Below are positions 1 through 9,127 of a stretch of DNA of 64,000 nucleotides, piece after piece (within the stretch, counting starts at the first letter, position 1; the number at the start of each line of letters is the position of its first letter). Under the pieces are notes generated by a model that was given only the letters and a program-made list of their open reading frames with translations, searched no databases and had not been told where the DNA came from. The translations under genes and the position numbers were made by a program. Source of the DNA: Candidatus Binatia bacterium (GTDB taxonomy: Bacteria > Desulfobacterota > Binatia > UBA9968); contig DASXRG010000152.1 of NCBI GenBank assembly GCA_036506735.1, positions 3,226 through 67,225 of the forward strand. The letters are read 5' to 3'.

Positions 1-1
1 C

Positions 2-283
2 AGCAAAGAGAAGGGCATGTATCTCTGCGCCGCCTGCGACGCCGAGCTGTTCAGCTCCGACACGAAATTCGATTCGGGCACGGGTTGGCCGAGCTTCTGG
101 GAGCCGGTAAAGCCGGAAAATGTGGCGACCGAAGAAGACAATAGTTTTTTCATGCGCAGGACCGAAGCTGTGTGCAGCCGCTGCGGCGCGCATCTGGGCC
201 ACGTGTTCGAGGACGGCCCGGAACCCACGGGCCTCCGATACTGCATCAACTCGGCCGCGCTCAAGCTCGATAAAAAACCGTAA
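2..283 (+). CDS. msrB: peptide-methionine (R)-S-oxide reductase MsrB, 5' end cut by window edge
   Basis: Frame is open from base 2. Motifs [29 protein letters not shown] and RYCINS are typical of MsrB/SelR. Stop TAA at 281-283. Confidence 0.9.
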   Translation, partial: SKEKGMYLCAACDAELFSSDTKFDSGTGWPSFWEPVKPENVATEEDNSFFMRRTEAVCSRCGAHLGHVFEDGPEPTGLRYCINSAALKLDKKP

Positions 284-285
284 AG

Positions 286-344
286 GTAGGGCGCGATGTC
301 AGCCGCAGGCTGATCAGCCTTAGGCTGAAATCGCCGCGCCCTAC
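286..344. repeat. nested palindromic intergenic element (family 1, TCAGCC-NNN-GGCTGA type)
   Basis: Outer 10-bp inverted repeat GTAGGGCGCG (286-295) / CGCGCCCTAC (335-344). It encloses two tandem palindromes, TCAGCCGCAGGCTGA and TCAGCCTTAGGCTGA (299-328). Lies directly after the msrB stop. Confidence 0.7.
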
Positions 345-362
345 AAGGCTTTTGCGATCGCC

Positions 363-824
363 GTGGCGACAAAAAAAACAGCTTTCCAGGATTTGGGCTC
401 GGTCCGGCACTGTCATGGCTGCGGGGCCGACAACGAAAGAGGCCTGCGCATCAAAAGCTATTGGGATGGAGACGAGGCGGTTTGCGATTGGCGGCCCGAG
501 AGTCACCACTGCGGCGGATCGAAAGAGATCGTCAACGGCGGCATCATCGCGTCGCTGATCGATTGCCACGGCCTGAATCTGGCGATCGCGCGAGCTTACA
601 GGGACGAAGGCCGCGCCATCGGCAGCTCACCCGGGATTTCCTACGTCACCGGCAATTTGAACGTTTCCTATCTCCGGCCGACTCCAATCGATGAGATGCT
701 CCAGCTCCGCGCCAAGATCCTAAGGAGCGAGGGACGAAAGGTTTGGGTGAGCTGCATCCTCAGCGCCGCGGGCCAAGTATGCGCTATGGGCGAAGTCTTA
801 GGCATACGGGTGGAAAGAAGTTAA
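363..824 (+). CDS. PaaI-family hotdog-fold thioesterase
   Basis: 153 aa track ORF with GTG start. Pattern CHGCG..N..GL followed by VNGGIIASLIDCHG resembles the 4HBT/PaaI thioesterase core. Confidence 0.75.
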   Translation: MATKKTAFQDLGSVRHCHGCGADNERGLRIKSYWDGDEAVCDWRPESHHCGGSKEIVNGGIIASLIDCHGLNLAIARAYRDEGRAIGSSPGISYVTGNLNVSYLRPTPIDEMLQLRAKILRSEGRKVWVSCILSAAGQVCAMGEVLGIRVERS

Positions 825-878
825 AAGTAAAAAGTATCCGCCACAAAGATTGGCGGATCAGCCTCAGGCTGAAAAAGG
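812..878 (+). repeat. conserved intergenic module (family 1): A-rich tract, CCGCCA-N8-TGGCGG hairpin and TCAGCCTCAGGCTGA palindrome
   Basis: Sequence gaaagaagttaaaagtaaaaagtatccgccacaaagattggcggatcagcctcaggctgaaaaagg. It is closely similar to 22709-22767. Confidence 0.7.
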
Positions 879-895
879 CAAAACTCAAAACTCCC

Positions 896-1837
896 ATGGA
901 TTACACCACGCTCGGACGAACCGGACTAAAGGTCAGCGTCGCCGGGCTCGGCTGCGGCGGGCCGAGCCGTCTCGGCATGCGCGGCAACAAGTCCGACGGG
1001 GAAGCTATTGCATTAGTCCGACAAGCGTTGGATCTCGGCGTTAATTTTCTCGATACGGCGGAGGTCTACGGCACCGAAGAGGTCGTCGGCAAAGCCATTG
1101 CCGGAATTCCGCGCGATCGAATCGTTATTTCGACCAAGAAAAAATTTCCTCTGACGGACCCGGGCGACCCGGATGGAGAAACGAAAAAAAGTCTGGAGCA
1201 AAGCCTGCGCCGGCTCAAAACCGATTACATCGACGTCTACCACGCCCACGGCGTCGAGCCCGGAGATTATGACTATGCCTCGATCAAGCTGCTTCCAGTC
1301 CTCGTGAAAATGCGCGAAGAGGGGAAGATCCGCTTTATCGCTATCAGCGAGGCGTTCGTCGAGGATTCGAGCCATTCCATGTTGCCGCAGGCGATCAAGG
1401 ACGGTTTTTGGGACGTCGTCATGGTCGGCTTCAACATTTTGAATCAGTCGGCGCGGAATCGCGTGTTTCCAAAAACGTTGCAAAAAAAGGTCGGCACCTT
1501 GGTGATGTTCGCGGTGCGGCGAGCCTTGAGCCGGCCGCAGCGATTGAAAGAGGTTTGTGCCGACCTCACAAAAAAAGGGTTGATCGAGCGGGAGGCCTGT
1601 AATTCCGAGGCGCCCCTGGATTTCTTAATCGAAGACGGCAAGGCATCGAGCGTCGTCGACGCGGCTTATCGCTTCTGCCGCCACGAGCCCGGAGTCCACG
1701 TCGTTCTCACCGGCACCGGCAGCAGCGACCATCTCAAAGCCAACATAGAATCCCTGACCAAGCCGCCGCTGCCGCCGCCGGTCGCGGCCCGGCTCAAGCG
1801 GATTTTCGCGCGAGTGGATTGCGTGACGGGAAACTGA
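896..1837 (+). CDS. aldo/keto reductase
   Basis: Internal ATG at 896 gives MDYTTLGRTGLKVSVAGLGCGG, a typical AKR N-terminus. The upstream part of track ORF 743..1837 is read through the repeat element. Motifs LDLGVNFLDTAEVYG and YIDVYHAH are present. Confidence 0.85.
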   Translation: MDYTTLGRTGLKVSVAGLGCGGPSRLGMRGNKSDGEAIALVRQALDLGVNFLDTAEVYGTEEVVGKAIAGIPRDRIVISTKKKFPLTDPGDPDGETKKSLEQSLRRLKTDYIDVYHAHGVEPGDYDYASIKLLPVLVKMREEGKIRFIAISEAFVEDSSHSMLPQAIKDGFWDVVMVGFNILNQSARNRVFPKTLQKKVGTLVMFAVRRALSRPQRLKEVCADLTKKGLIEREACNSEAPLDFLIEDGKASSVVDAAYRFCRHEPGVHVVLTGTGSSDHLKANIESLTKPPLPPPVAARLKRIFARVDCVTGN

Positions 1838-1909
1838 CAATTGGACTCTTTCCAATTGTCATTCTGAGGCGAAGCCGAAGTGATTCACTCGATAGGAATC
1901 GAGTGAATC
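1838..1909. repeat. composite palindromic element between convergent genes (family 2 core GTCATTCTGAGGCGAAGCCGAAG), likely a bidirectional terminator
   Basis: CAATTGG..CCAATTG hairpin at 1838-1857. Core at 1858-1880. Perfect 12-bp inverted repeat GATTCACTCGAT (1882-1893) / ATCGAGTGAATC (1898-1909) overlaps the stop of the minus-strand gene. Confidence 0.65.
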
Positions 1910-3017
1910 AGCTCTCTTTAAACAGCTTGGCGTACTCCTCCCAAGCCGCGGGCGCGACTTTGGCGGTTCTCAAATTCTCTTCCACGTGGGCGATCTGCTT
2001 CATTCCCACCAGCGCGGTCGTGACGCCGGGCGTGGAGCGGGCAAATTGCAGCGCCCGCTGCGCGTCGGTTTCAAGTCCGGTAAAAATTTCGCCGACGAAC
2101 GGCGGCAGGTTGCGGGCAAGCTGGGCTTGCAGAATGGACGCGCTGCACATCACGGTGATGCCGAGCGCCTGCGCGGCTTCCAGGGTCGACAACTGCTCGC
2201 CCTGCAGGGTTTGATTTCTTAGGGTCAGCGCTTCCGCCATGCCCAGATTGAACGGCAGTTGAATCGCCTTGAAGTGATGGTTCTCGCCGCCGGCCCGGCG
2301 CGCGGTCTCGACGACTTCCGCCAGCGAAAGGTATTCTTTCGTGGCCGCGTCATTCCGGTAGGCGTTCCAGGTCGCGGTTCCATACATGCGGATTTTTCCC
2401 GCGGCGACTGCGCCTTCCAGCGCCTCAAACGCTTTGAACAGACGGCGGGCGAATTCCTCCGGCGGGACGGCGGCGAGCTGCGTCTCGGGATTGTGCACGT
2501 AATAAATGTCGATGCACTCGACGCCTAAATTCGCGCGGCTCGCGTCGAGCTGGTTGAGCAGATAGGCCGGGGTCATGCAGTGGCAGCCGGCGGCCAAATC
2601 CGACACGCCGGCGATTCCCGGAGCGACGAAAGTTTCGGTGAAGTAGCCGCGCACGTCGCGCGGGGGAGTGCCGTCGAAGGGAAGGAATCCTCCCTTGGTG
2701 GCGACGACGATCTCGCCGCGGTCGAATCCTTTGGCGGCCAGCTCTTTCAGCGCCGCGCCGATTGAACGCTCGCTCCTCTGAAAGCGGTAGTTGATCGCGC
2801 TGTCGATGACGTTCGAGCCCAGCTCGACGGCGCGGACCACCGCGCGGCGATAGAGATCGTCCGCGGCGCTGTCGTGGTTGCCGAGATACGTGCCGATGCC
2901 GATCGAGGAAAGCCAAAGTTCCTGGGATTCGCGAAAGTGTTCGCGCGGGATCTTGCCCGCGAACCGTTGGCGGTAAGCGGCCGTTCCTTCCGCGGTGGCG
3001 CAGCCGGATTGTCCCAT
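1908..3017 (-). CDS. aldo/keto reductase
   Basis: 369 aa. SSIGIGTYLG, VIDSAINY and CIDIYYVHNPE motifs are consistent with the AKR fold. Confidence 0.85.
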   Translation of the reverse strand: MGQSGCATAEGTAAYRQRFAGKIPREHFRESQELWLSSIGIGTYLGNHDSAADDLYRRAVVRAVELGSNVIDSAINYRFQRSERSIGAALKELAAKGFDRGEIVVATKGGFLPFDGTPPRDVRGYFTETFVAPGIAGVSDLAAGCHCMTPAYLLNQLDASRANLGVECIDIYYVHNPETQLAAVPPEEFARRLFKAFEALEGAVAAGKIRMYGTATWNAYRNDAATKEYLSLAEVVETARRAGGENHHFKAIQLPFNLGMAEALTLRNQTLQGEQLSTLEAAQALGITVMCSASILQAQLARNLPPFVGEIFTGLETDAQRALQFARSTPGVTTALVGMKQIAHVEENLRTAKVAPAAWEEYAKLFKES

Positions 3018-3034
3018 GGATTAATTCAACCGAG

Positions 3035-3523
3035 TCAAGGGCGTCGCTGGGTTTGCGGCTTGACGAAGTTCCTGCGAAACAGCACTCCGTCCAGACCCAA
3101 AGTTCTGCCCGGACTGCAAAGGATGAACACCAGGAACGCGACGGCGAAGGTTTCCTGCTGCGCCAGCGGGGCGCCGCCTCGCGCCATGCCCGGTCCGAAG
3201 ATGTAATTCAGCATCATGAAAAGCCCCACGATCGAGCTCCAGCGCGCCAGCAATCCCAATACGAGGCAGGCGCCGACCAGTATTTCACCCCACATCACCA
3301 GATTGCCGAAAAGCACGCTATGGGGAACAACCACGTCGGCGAGGAACGACTTGTACCACGGATAGATCTCGATCTTGTCCAGCTCGCCGATTTGTTTGGT
3401 GATCCAATCGCCGTGCGGGAAATCGCGCTGGAATTTTCGAATGCCCTGGTTCGCCATGTAGTAGCCGATCCAAAGGCGCAGCGGGACGACGTACAACAGA
3501 TAGGTGCGCTCCGAGAGATTCAT
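3035..3523 (-). CDS. DoxX-family membrane protein
   Basis: 162 aa with about four hydrophobic segments. Size and pattern are DoxX/DoxD-like. Confidence 0.65.
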   Translation of the reverse strand: MNLSERTYLLYVVPLRLWIGYYMANQGIRKFQRDFPHGDWITKQIGELDKIEIYPWYKSFLADVVVPHSVLFGNLVMWGEILVGACLVLGLLARWSSIVGLFMMLNYIFGPGMARGGAPLAQQETFAVAFLVFILCSPGRTLGLDGVLFRRNFVKPQTQRRP

Positions 3524-3555
3524 GGATGCCTCCTTTTATGGAGGTTACGCCTCCG

Positions 3556-4323
3556 TTAGAATTCATCCTTGAGCTGGCGGACTTTCGCGAAGACCGATAC
3601 CGGGTTCAAGGGCAAATCGGGAAAGCGCTTTTTTAGATTTTCCTGGATCTCCGGGCTGTCCCAGCGAAGAAACGGGTTGGTCTCCTTTTCCTCGGCCATG
3701 GTGGACGGCACCGTCGGCAACCCCCGGGCCCTTAACGAGCGCACTTTTTTCATTCTCTCGGTTAGTTTTTGATTGCCCGGCTCGACGGTCAAAGCGAATT
3801 CAAGATTTTTCTCCGTGTACTCGTGGCCGCAGTAAACCAACGCGCCGCCCGGCAGCCGCATCAGCTTCGCGAGCGACCCGTGCATCTGCTCGGCCGTGCC
3901 CTCGAAGAGGCGGCCGCAGCCGCCGGTAAAGAGCGTATCGCCGCAAAATAAACCGTCGCCGAAAAGATAAGCCACATGTCCGGTGGTATGGCCCGGGATA
4001 AAAAAGACCCGGGCTTTGAGGCGGCCGATCGCGACCTCGTCGCCTTCGTCGAGCGGATGGGTCAAGCCCGGAATTCTATCTTTGTCGTTTTTGTGGCCGT
4101 AAACTTCCAGGCGGCGTCGCGCCAGGATCGCTGAATTTCCGCCGGTGTGGTCGCGGTGGTGATGCGTGTTGAGGATCGCCTTGACCGCGGCTTTTTCCTT
4201 TTCGATCCGCTCGAGGACCGGCTCGGCTTCCGACGGATCGATCACCGCCGCGTCGCCGGTTTCCTCGCCGACGATCAGATAGCCGTAATTATCGCGCAGC
4301 AGCGGGATCTGAACGACTCTCAT
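3556..4323 (-). CDS. gloB: hydroxyacylglutathione hydrolase (glyoxalase II), MBL fold
   Basis: LRDNYGYL, THHHRDHTGGN, PGHTTGH, CGRLFEGT and NPFLR are the classic GloB motifs. Confidence 0.9.
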   Translation of the reverse strand: MRVVQIPLLRDNYGYLIVGEETGDAAVIDPSEAEPVLERIEKEKAAVKAILNTHHHRDHTGGNSAILARRRLEVYGHKNDKDRIPGLTHPLDEGDEVAIGRLKARVFFIPGHTTGHVAYLFGDGLFCGDTLFTGGCGRLFEGTAEQMHGSLAKLMRLPGGALVYCGHEYTEKNLEFALTVEPGNQKLTERMKKVRSLRARGLPTVPSTMAEEKETNPFLRWDSPEIQENLKKRFPDLPLNPVSVFAKVRQLKDEF

Positions 4324-4410
4324 GTCCGCTGTTATAACAAATTATGAGAAAAAGGGAACGACGCTCCCGCCGCCTTGCAGCCATAAAGAAGAACCCATAA
4401 GATCGCTGCC

Positions 4411-5418
4411 GTGAAAAAAGTTTTGGCGCAAGCGGGATTTGCCTTGCCCGCGCTCTTATTCCTCTCGAGCGGTGATGGTCTCGCGGCCGGCTCGCTGGAA
4501 GAGTCGGCCAGGACCGAGGCCCGCGTCGTTTTTTACAGCTCTATCAATACCCCGCAGCTCCAGGCGTTGGCCGATGCGTTCGCCAAAAGATATCCGCAGA
4601 TCAAGCTGTCGCCGTACCGCGCGTCCGGCGATCGGGTGATCCAGCGCATCATGACGGAGGCCTACGCGGGAAATTTCGCGGTAGACGTTTTTTCCGCCTC
4701 GGGATTCAAGATTCAGGTCGGCAAGGAGAAGGGTTTGACGGCCAGGTTCGCGCCCGAGCCGAGCGCCTATTACGACGACGGATTGAAGGACCCCGACGGC
4801 CATTGGACCAATCTCCACTCGCTGCCGAATACGATGGCGTACAACACGAAACTGGTTCCCGCCAGCGAAGCGCCCAGGAACTATCAGGATCTGCTTCAAC
4901 TCAAATGGAAGGGCAAAATCGCCGTTAACCCTCGGGACCCCGAATGGTACGTCAACCTGCAGCGGCGGATGGGAAAGGAGACGGCGAGGGAATTTCTCAA
5001 GAAACTGGCGGCGCAGAATGCCGGCCTGCACGAATCCCATAGCCTTCTGGCACAGCTCCTGGCCGCCGGGGAATATGACGCGGCGGTGAATTCCTATACG
5101 ATCAGGATTGCGCTCGACAAACAAAAGGGAGCGCCGGTCAGATGGGTCTTCGATGAACCGGTGATCACCTATCTCCACCCGATTGCCCTCGCGAAAAACG
5201 CGCCGCACCCGAATGCCGGCAAGCTGTTTATGAATTTTCTGCTGTCCAGAGAAGGTCAAACCGTTCTGCAGGAGCAAGGATTGATTCCGGCTCACCGGGA
5301 AGTGGATGCGTCCGCTTTCCAGCTCAAGGGCGTGAAACTGTTCCCCAGCAACCCTCGATGGGCCGAAGATTATGAAGGCGCAGCGAAAGAAATGCGTGAA
5401 ATCTTGGAAGGGAAGTAA
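4411..5418 (+). CDS. ABC transporter substrate-binding protein (family 1, Fe3+/AfuA-like)
   Basis: GTG start and a signal peptide. Paralogous to 15697..16764. Confidence 0.75.
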   Translation: MKKVLAQAGFALPALLFLSSGDGLAAGSLEESARTEARVVFYSSINTPQLQALADAFAKRYPQIKLSPYRASGDRVIQRIMTEAYAGNFAVDVFSASGFKIQVGKEKGLTARFAPEPSAYYDDGLKDPDGHWTNLHSLPNTMAYNTKLVPASEAPRNYQDLLQLKWKGKIAVNPRDPEWYVNLQRRMGKETAREFLKKLAAQNAGLHESHSLLAQLLAAGEYDAAVNSYTIRIALDKQKGAPVRWVFDEPVITYLHPIALAKNAPHPNAGKLFMNFLLSREGQTVLQEQGLIPAHREVDASAFQLKGVKLFPSNPRWAEDYEGAAKEMREILEGK

Positions 5419-5429
5419 GAAAGCCGCGC

Positions 5430-6326
5430 CTAGTTCCGATAGCGGCTCAAATGCTTGACAAACAACTGGACCGTGGGAGTCTGCTCCCTGCTTTTATGAA
5501 ACACGATGTACATCTTACGCTTCAAATTGAGCGCCGGTACCTTAAGCAACTTCAGCCGGCCGGCCCGAATCTCCCAGGCAGCGTAGCACATGGAGGCAAA
5601 GCCGATTCCAAGCCCGCTTGCCACCGCGCTCCTCAGAGCATCCCGTCCTCCGTATTGGACATCGACTTCGATCACCGGCTCGAACGGCAGCCGCTTTTCA
5701 GCAAATCTTTTCTCGATCATTTGCCGGACCGGTCCACCCTCGGCCGGGACGACCAAGGGTTCCTTGGCGATAAGGTTCAGCGACACAGAGCGCTTTTTAG
5801 CCAGCGGATGGCCCGGCGGCGCGATCGCCACGATGGCCTCTTCCCGGTACGGCTTGCCGATGAGGAGACGGGAGGGAACCGGCCGGCCGAGGACGGCCAC
5901 ATCCAGTTCTCCGGCTAACAGCTTGTTTCCCAGGCTTTCGCTTTTCTGGATTTTTAAAATGACGTCGATCTCGGGATGGCGTTCTTTAAATGCGTGGACG
6001 GCGGCGGGAAGAAAGGTGGCGGCCGCAAGCGGTGAGCCTCCCACCTTGAGCAGGCTTTTCTTCAGCCCCCTGACCTCATCCATCGCCTGGGGAATTCTAT
6101 CAATGCTGGCCAGCGCTCGCTCCGCGAGCGGCAGCAGCCGTCGGCCGGCTTCGGTAAGGTAGGGCTTCATTCCCAACTTCACAAAAAGCTGCGCCCCGAG
6201 ATCTTTCTGTAGATCGCCAATCGCGGCGGAGACCGAAGGCTGGGTAATGCGCAAGACTTTTCCTGCTTGGGTAAAGCTCGTTTCCTTGGCGACGATCGTA
6301 AAAACTTTTAGCTGCCAGAAGGTCAT
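5430..6326 (-). CDS. LysR-family transcriptional regulator
   Basis: Start moved to the ATG at 6326, giving MTFWQLKVFTIVAKETSFTQAGKVLRITQPSVSAAI, a typical LysR HTH. Followed by a LysR substrate-binding domain. Confidence 0.9.
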   Translation of the reverse strand: MTFWQLKVFTIVAKETSFTQAGKVLRITQPSVSAAIGDLQKDLGAQLFVKLGMKPYLTEAGRRLLPLAERALASIDRIPQAMDEVRGLKKSLLKVGGSPLAAATFLPAAVHAFKERHPEIDVILKIQKSESLGNKLLAGELDVAVLGRPVPSRLLIGKPYREEAIVAIAPPGHPLAKKRSVSLNLIAKEPLVVPAEGGPVRQMIEKRFAEKRLPFEPVIEVDVQYGGRDALRSAVASGLGIGFASMCYAAWEIRAGRLKLLKVPALNLKRKMYIVFHKSREQTPTVQLFVKHLSRYRN

Positions 6327-6487
6327 GGCAAATCTCCAGAGTGCGAATTCTCGTCGATCGGCGCTAGGAAAGCAAGGAGATTTTCCAGGTGGCGGGCTGA
6401 CCGTCATCGGCTCGGGAGATCAAGATCCAGCAGGAGACGCGCCGCATCGGCTTGACCCTCGTGCGATCTTTTTACTAGAGTGATTCC

Positions 6488-7672
6488 ATGCTGCGCGCGG
6501 GCGTCGGGCTGTCGTCGAATCCGTCAACCGAGCGGGCCGCCGAAGAGGCGGCGGCGCAAGCGATGGATCGGGCGGGCATCGCGCAAGCGGATCTGGCGCT
6601 GGTTTTTTTTACCGTCGATCATCTTCCATCCTGCCGCAAGCTGACGGCGGCGCTCCGGCGCATCGCCGGCACGAACGAGATCGTCGGCTCCAGCGCCGCC
6701 GGCGTCCTGACCCTCGACGGCGAGATCGAAGGCAGCGCCGGACTCGCCGTCATGGTTCTCGCGGCGGACGACGTGCGCGCCTGCTCGTTTCTGCATCAGC
6801 CGCTGCGCGACCGCGAGGCGGAGATCGGCGCCGCGCTCGCTCGGACCGTAAGCGCTGGCGGCGAAAGCGCGCTTTTGATCGCCTTTCCCGACGCGTACAA
6901 CGCGCAGCCGCGCTCCCTGTTTCGCGCCATCGAAGAGTCGGCCGGTTTCGTCCCTCTGATCGGCGCCGGCGCGTCGGAGGACGGCAGCCAGGGCAAGACC
7001 TTTCAGCTCCGCGGCGAAACGACGACCGCGAATGCCCTATGCGGCTTTTCCCTGTCCGGCGATTTTGCGAGCCGCATCGGAATCACTCAAGGCTGCCAGC
7101 CGATCAGCCGGCCGATGACGATTACCAAGACGCAGGGCAATCTCATTTTCGAAATCGACGACCGTCCCGCTTTCGAGATTTTCGCCGGAATGGTCAAGGG
7201 ACCGCTGCTGGAAAATCTCGGCCGCGCGCTGTCGTATATTTTCGTCGGTCTGCCCGCGGACCCGGGAAAAAACAGCGTCGGGCCGGGAGAATATCTGGTC
7301 CGCAATATCGTCGGCCTCGATCCGCGCGCGGGAGTCCTCGCGGTCGCCGAGGAGATCTTCGCCGGGGAGCGCATGTTGTTTACTTTGCGCGACGCGCAAA
7401 GGGCGCGCGAAGATTTGGGGCAGATGCTCGAGCGGCAGGCCGCAGCGCTCGGCGACAACGCTCCGCAGCTGGGGTTTTATTTCAACTGCTGCGCGCGCGG
7501 GAGATCGCTGTACGGCATGGACGGCATCGACACGGCATATATCCGGCAGTCTTTGGGAGAGTTCCCGCTGATCGGCTTGTTCGGCAGTTTCGAGCTCGGT
7601 CCGCTCGGACAGAAAAATCATCTGCTCGCCTATACGGGCGTCCTCACGCTCATCACCGACAAAGAATTCTAG
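6488..7672 (+). CDS. FIST-domain signal-transduction protein
   Basis: 394 aa with FIST_N/FIST_C-like layout (ALVFFT near the N-terminus, LIGLFGSFELGP near the C-terminus). Confidence 0.7.
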   Translation: MLRAGVGLSSNPSTERAAEEAAAQAMDRAGIAQADLALVFFTVDHLPSCRKLTAALRRIAGTNEIVGSSAAGVLTLDGEIEGSAGLAVMVLAADDVRACSFLHQPLRDREAEIGAALARTVSAGGESALLIAFPDAYNAQPRSLFRAIEESAGFVPLIGAGASEDGSQGKTFQLRGETTTANALCGFSLSGDFASRIGITQGCQPISRPMTITKTQGNLIFEIDDRPAFEIFAGMVKGPLLENLGRALSYIFVGLPADPGKNSVGPGEYLVRNIVGLDPRAGVLAVAEEIFAGERMLFTLRDAQRAREDLGQMLERQAAALGDNAPQLGFYFNCCARGRSLYGMDGIDTAYIRQSLGEFPLIGLFGSFELGPLGQKNHLLAYTGVLTLITDKEF

Positions 7673-7736
7673 ATTTTCGATTTTAGATTTTAGATTGGGA
7701 TCCATCGGAAATCGAAAATCGGCAATCGAAAATCTA
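7670..7736. repeat. AT-rich palindromic intergenic element (GATTTTCGATTT-type)
   Basis: Perfect 13-bp inverted repeat TAGATTTTCGATT (7670-7682) / AATCGAAAATCTA (7724-7736), with further internal copies of GATTTTAGATT and ATCGAAAATC. Confidence 0.7.
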
Positions 7737-7738
7737 AA

Positions 7739-8479
7739 ATGGAGCGGGGCTTGTTGAGCTTGGGCGATGTGCTGCTGTTGGCCGGCGGCGCGTTCGTGGC
7801 CTCTATGATGGCCGCGGTCGCCGGCTTCGGCGGCGCGGCGGTGCTGCTGCCGATGTTGGTCCTGATTTTCGGCGTCCGCGATGCCATCCCGATTCTCACG
7901 GTCGCGCAGTTGATCGGCAATTTAAGCCGGGTCTGGTTCAATCGGCGCGAGCTCGACGTGCGGGTCGTCGGGCGGTTCGCCCTGGGCGGCGTGCCGGCGG
8001 CGCTCGTCGGCGGATTTCTTTTCGCCTCGGCGCCGCTGTCTTTTTTGACGCGGCTTCTGGGCGTGTTTCTCATCGCGGTCGTGCTCTATCGCCACACCGC
8101 CAAGAGCCGGACGCAACGGCTGCCGCTGCGCGCATTTCCGTTTATCGGCGCGGTTTTTAGTTTTCTCTCGGCCCTGCTGGGCAGCGTGGGGCCGATCATG
8201 ATCCCTTTTTTCCTCGCTTACGGTCTCGTCAGAGGCGCGCTCATCGGCACGGAAGCGCTCGCTACCGCCGTGATGCACGTCACCAAGCTGGTCGCTTACG
8301 GCGGCGCCGCCATCCTAACCGCTGCCGGCGCCGCGATCGGGCTTGCCCTCGGATCGATCATGATTCTCGGTTCCTTCGTCGGGAAAAAAGTTCTCGACGT
8401 CCTGCCGGAATGGATCTTTCTGCTCCTCGTAGAGGCGGCGCTCTTGATCGCGGGCGTGGGTTTTTTGCTTCGCGGCTGA
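7739..8479 (+). CDS. TauE/SafE-family sulfite exporter-like membrane protein
   Basis: 246 aa, multi-TM. GFGGAAVLLPML and VAQLIGN motifs are typical of TauE/SafE. Confidence 0.85.
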   Translation: MERGLLSLGDVLLLAGGAFVASMMAAVAGFGGAAVLLPMLVLIFGVRDAIPILTVAQLIGNLSRVWFNRRELDVRVVGRFALGGVPAALVGGFLFASAPLSFLTRLLGVFLIAVVLYRHTAKSRTQRLPLRAFPFIGAVFSFLSALLGSVGPIMIPFFLAYGLVRGALIGTEALATAVMHVTKLVAYGGAAILTAAGAAIGLALGSIMILGSFVGKKVLDVLPEWIFLLLVEAALLIAGVGFLLRG

Positions 8480-8491
8480 AAACGCCGGCGA

Positions 8492-8518
8492 CCGGCGCAG
8501 ACCGCGCCGGATTTTTTT
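8492..8518 (+). terminator. rho-independent terminator
   Basis: CCGGCGC-agacc-GCGCCGG stem-loop followed by ATTTTTTT, 13 nt after the stop of 7739..8479. Confidence 0.6.
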
Positions 8519-8575
8519 ACTTCGGTGGGGTGTTTGCTCGATTGATTTTGTCGGAGAGACTGGCAAGGTGGGGTT

Positions 8576-8932
8576 ATGTCGAGCTCAACCAGGCGAATTG
8601 CCGCTGTTATTATTGCACTCTTTCTCGGCATCGCGGTTTTGTGCGTGGACCGGGGCCGCGCTGCGGGCGCCCGCCGTACCGGACTTTCCACGTCCCGTTC
8701 GGCTGAAAAAAGCAATGCGCCCTTGCCGGAGCGCAAGACGCTCAAACGAGGACTGTGCATCGACGATGAGACTTCGCTCTCGGATCTGGCTCGAATCCCG
8801 TCGCGAAATCTGTCCTACAAAGAGAGACGCGCGGAGATTGCCAACGCCGGCTTTGGCGCGCCGTCTTTTCCCGGGTTTGTGTTTACGTCAAAAGTTTCCA
8901 CCAGCGTGTTTCTGTCCGTCCTGAACCTCTGA
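8576..8932 (+). CDS. hypothetical membrane-anchored protein
   Basis: ATG preceded by aaggtgg. N-terminal TM segment IAAVIIALFLGIAVLCV. No recognisable family. Confidence 0.3.
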   Translation: MSSSTRRIAAVIIALFLGIAVLCVDRGRAAGARRTGLSTSRSAEKSNAPLPERKTLKRGLCIDDETSLSDLARIPSRNLSYKERRAEIANAGFGAPSFPGFVFTSKVSTSVFLSVLNL

Positions 8933-9127
8933 TCACCGCGGAGTTTCTTCGATCCTGATTGAGCCGCTCAGCGTGCAGTCTGCCGTCGTCGGGGCCCTGC
9001 GACGCTGAATCCGGGGTTTCGCCTGAAACATGGGAGGCGCTCCGGCTAGGGGAGGCGGTATCGCGTTACGCGACTTCGCCGCCTGTTGATTTACCCATCT
9101 CAAGAAGACGAAGCAAGGAGAATCGAG

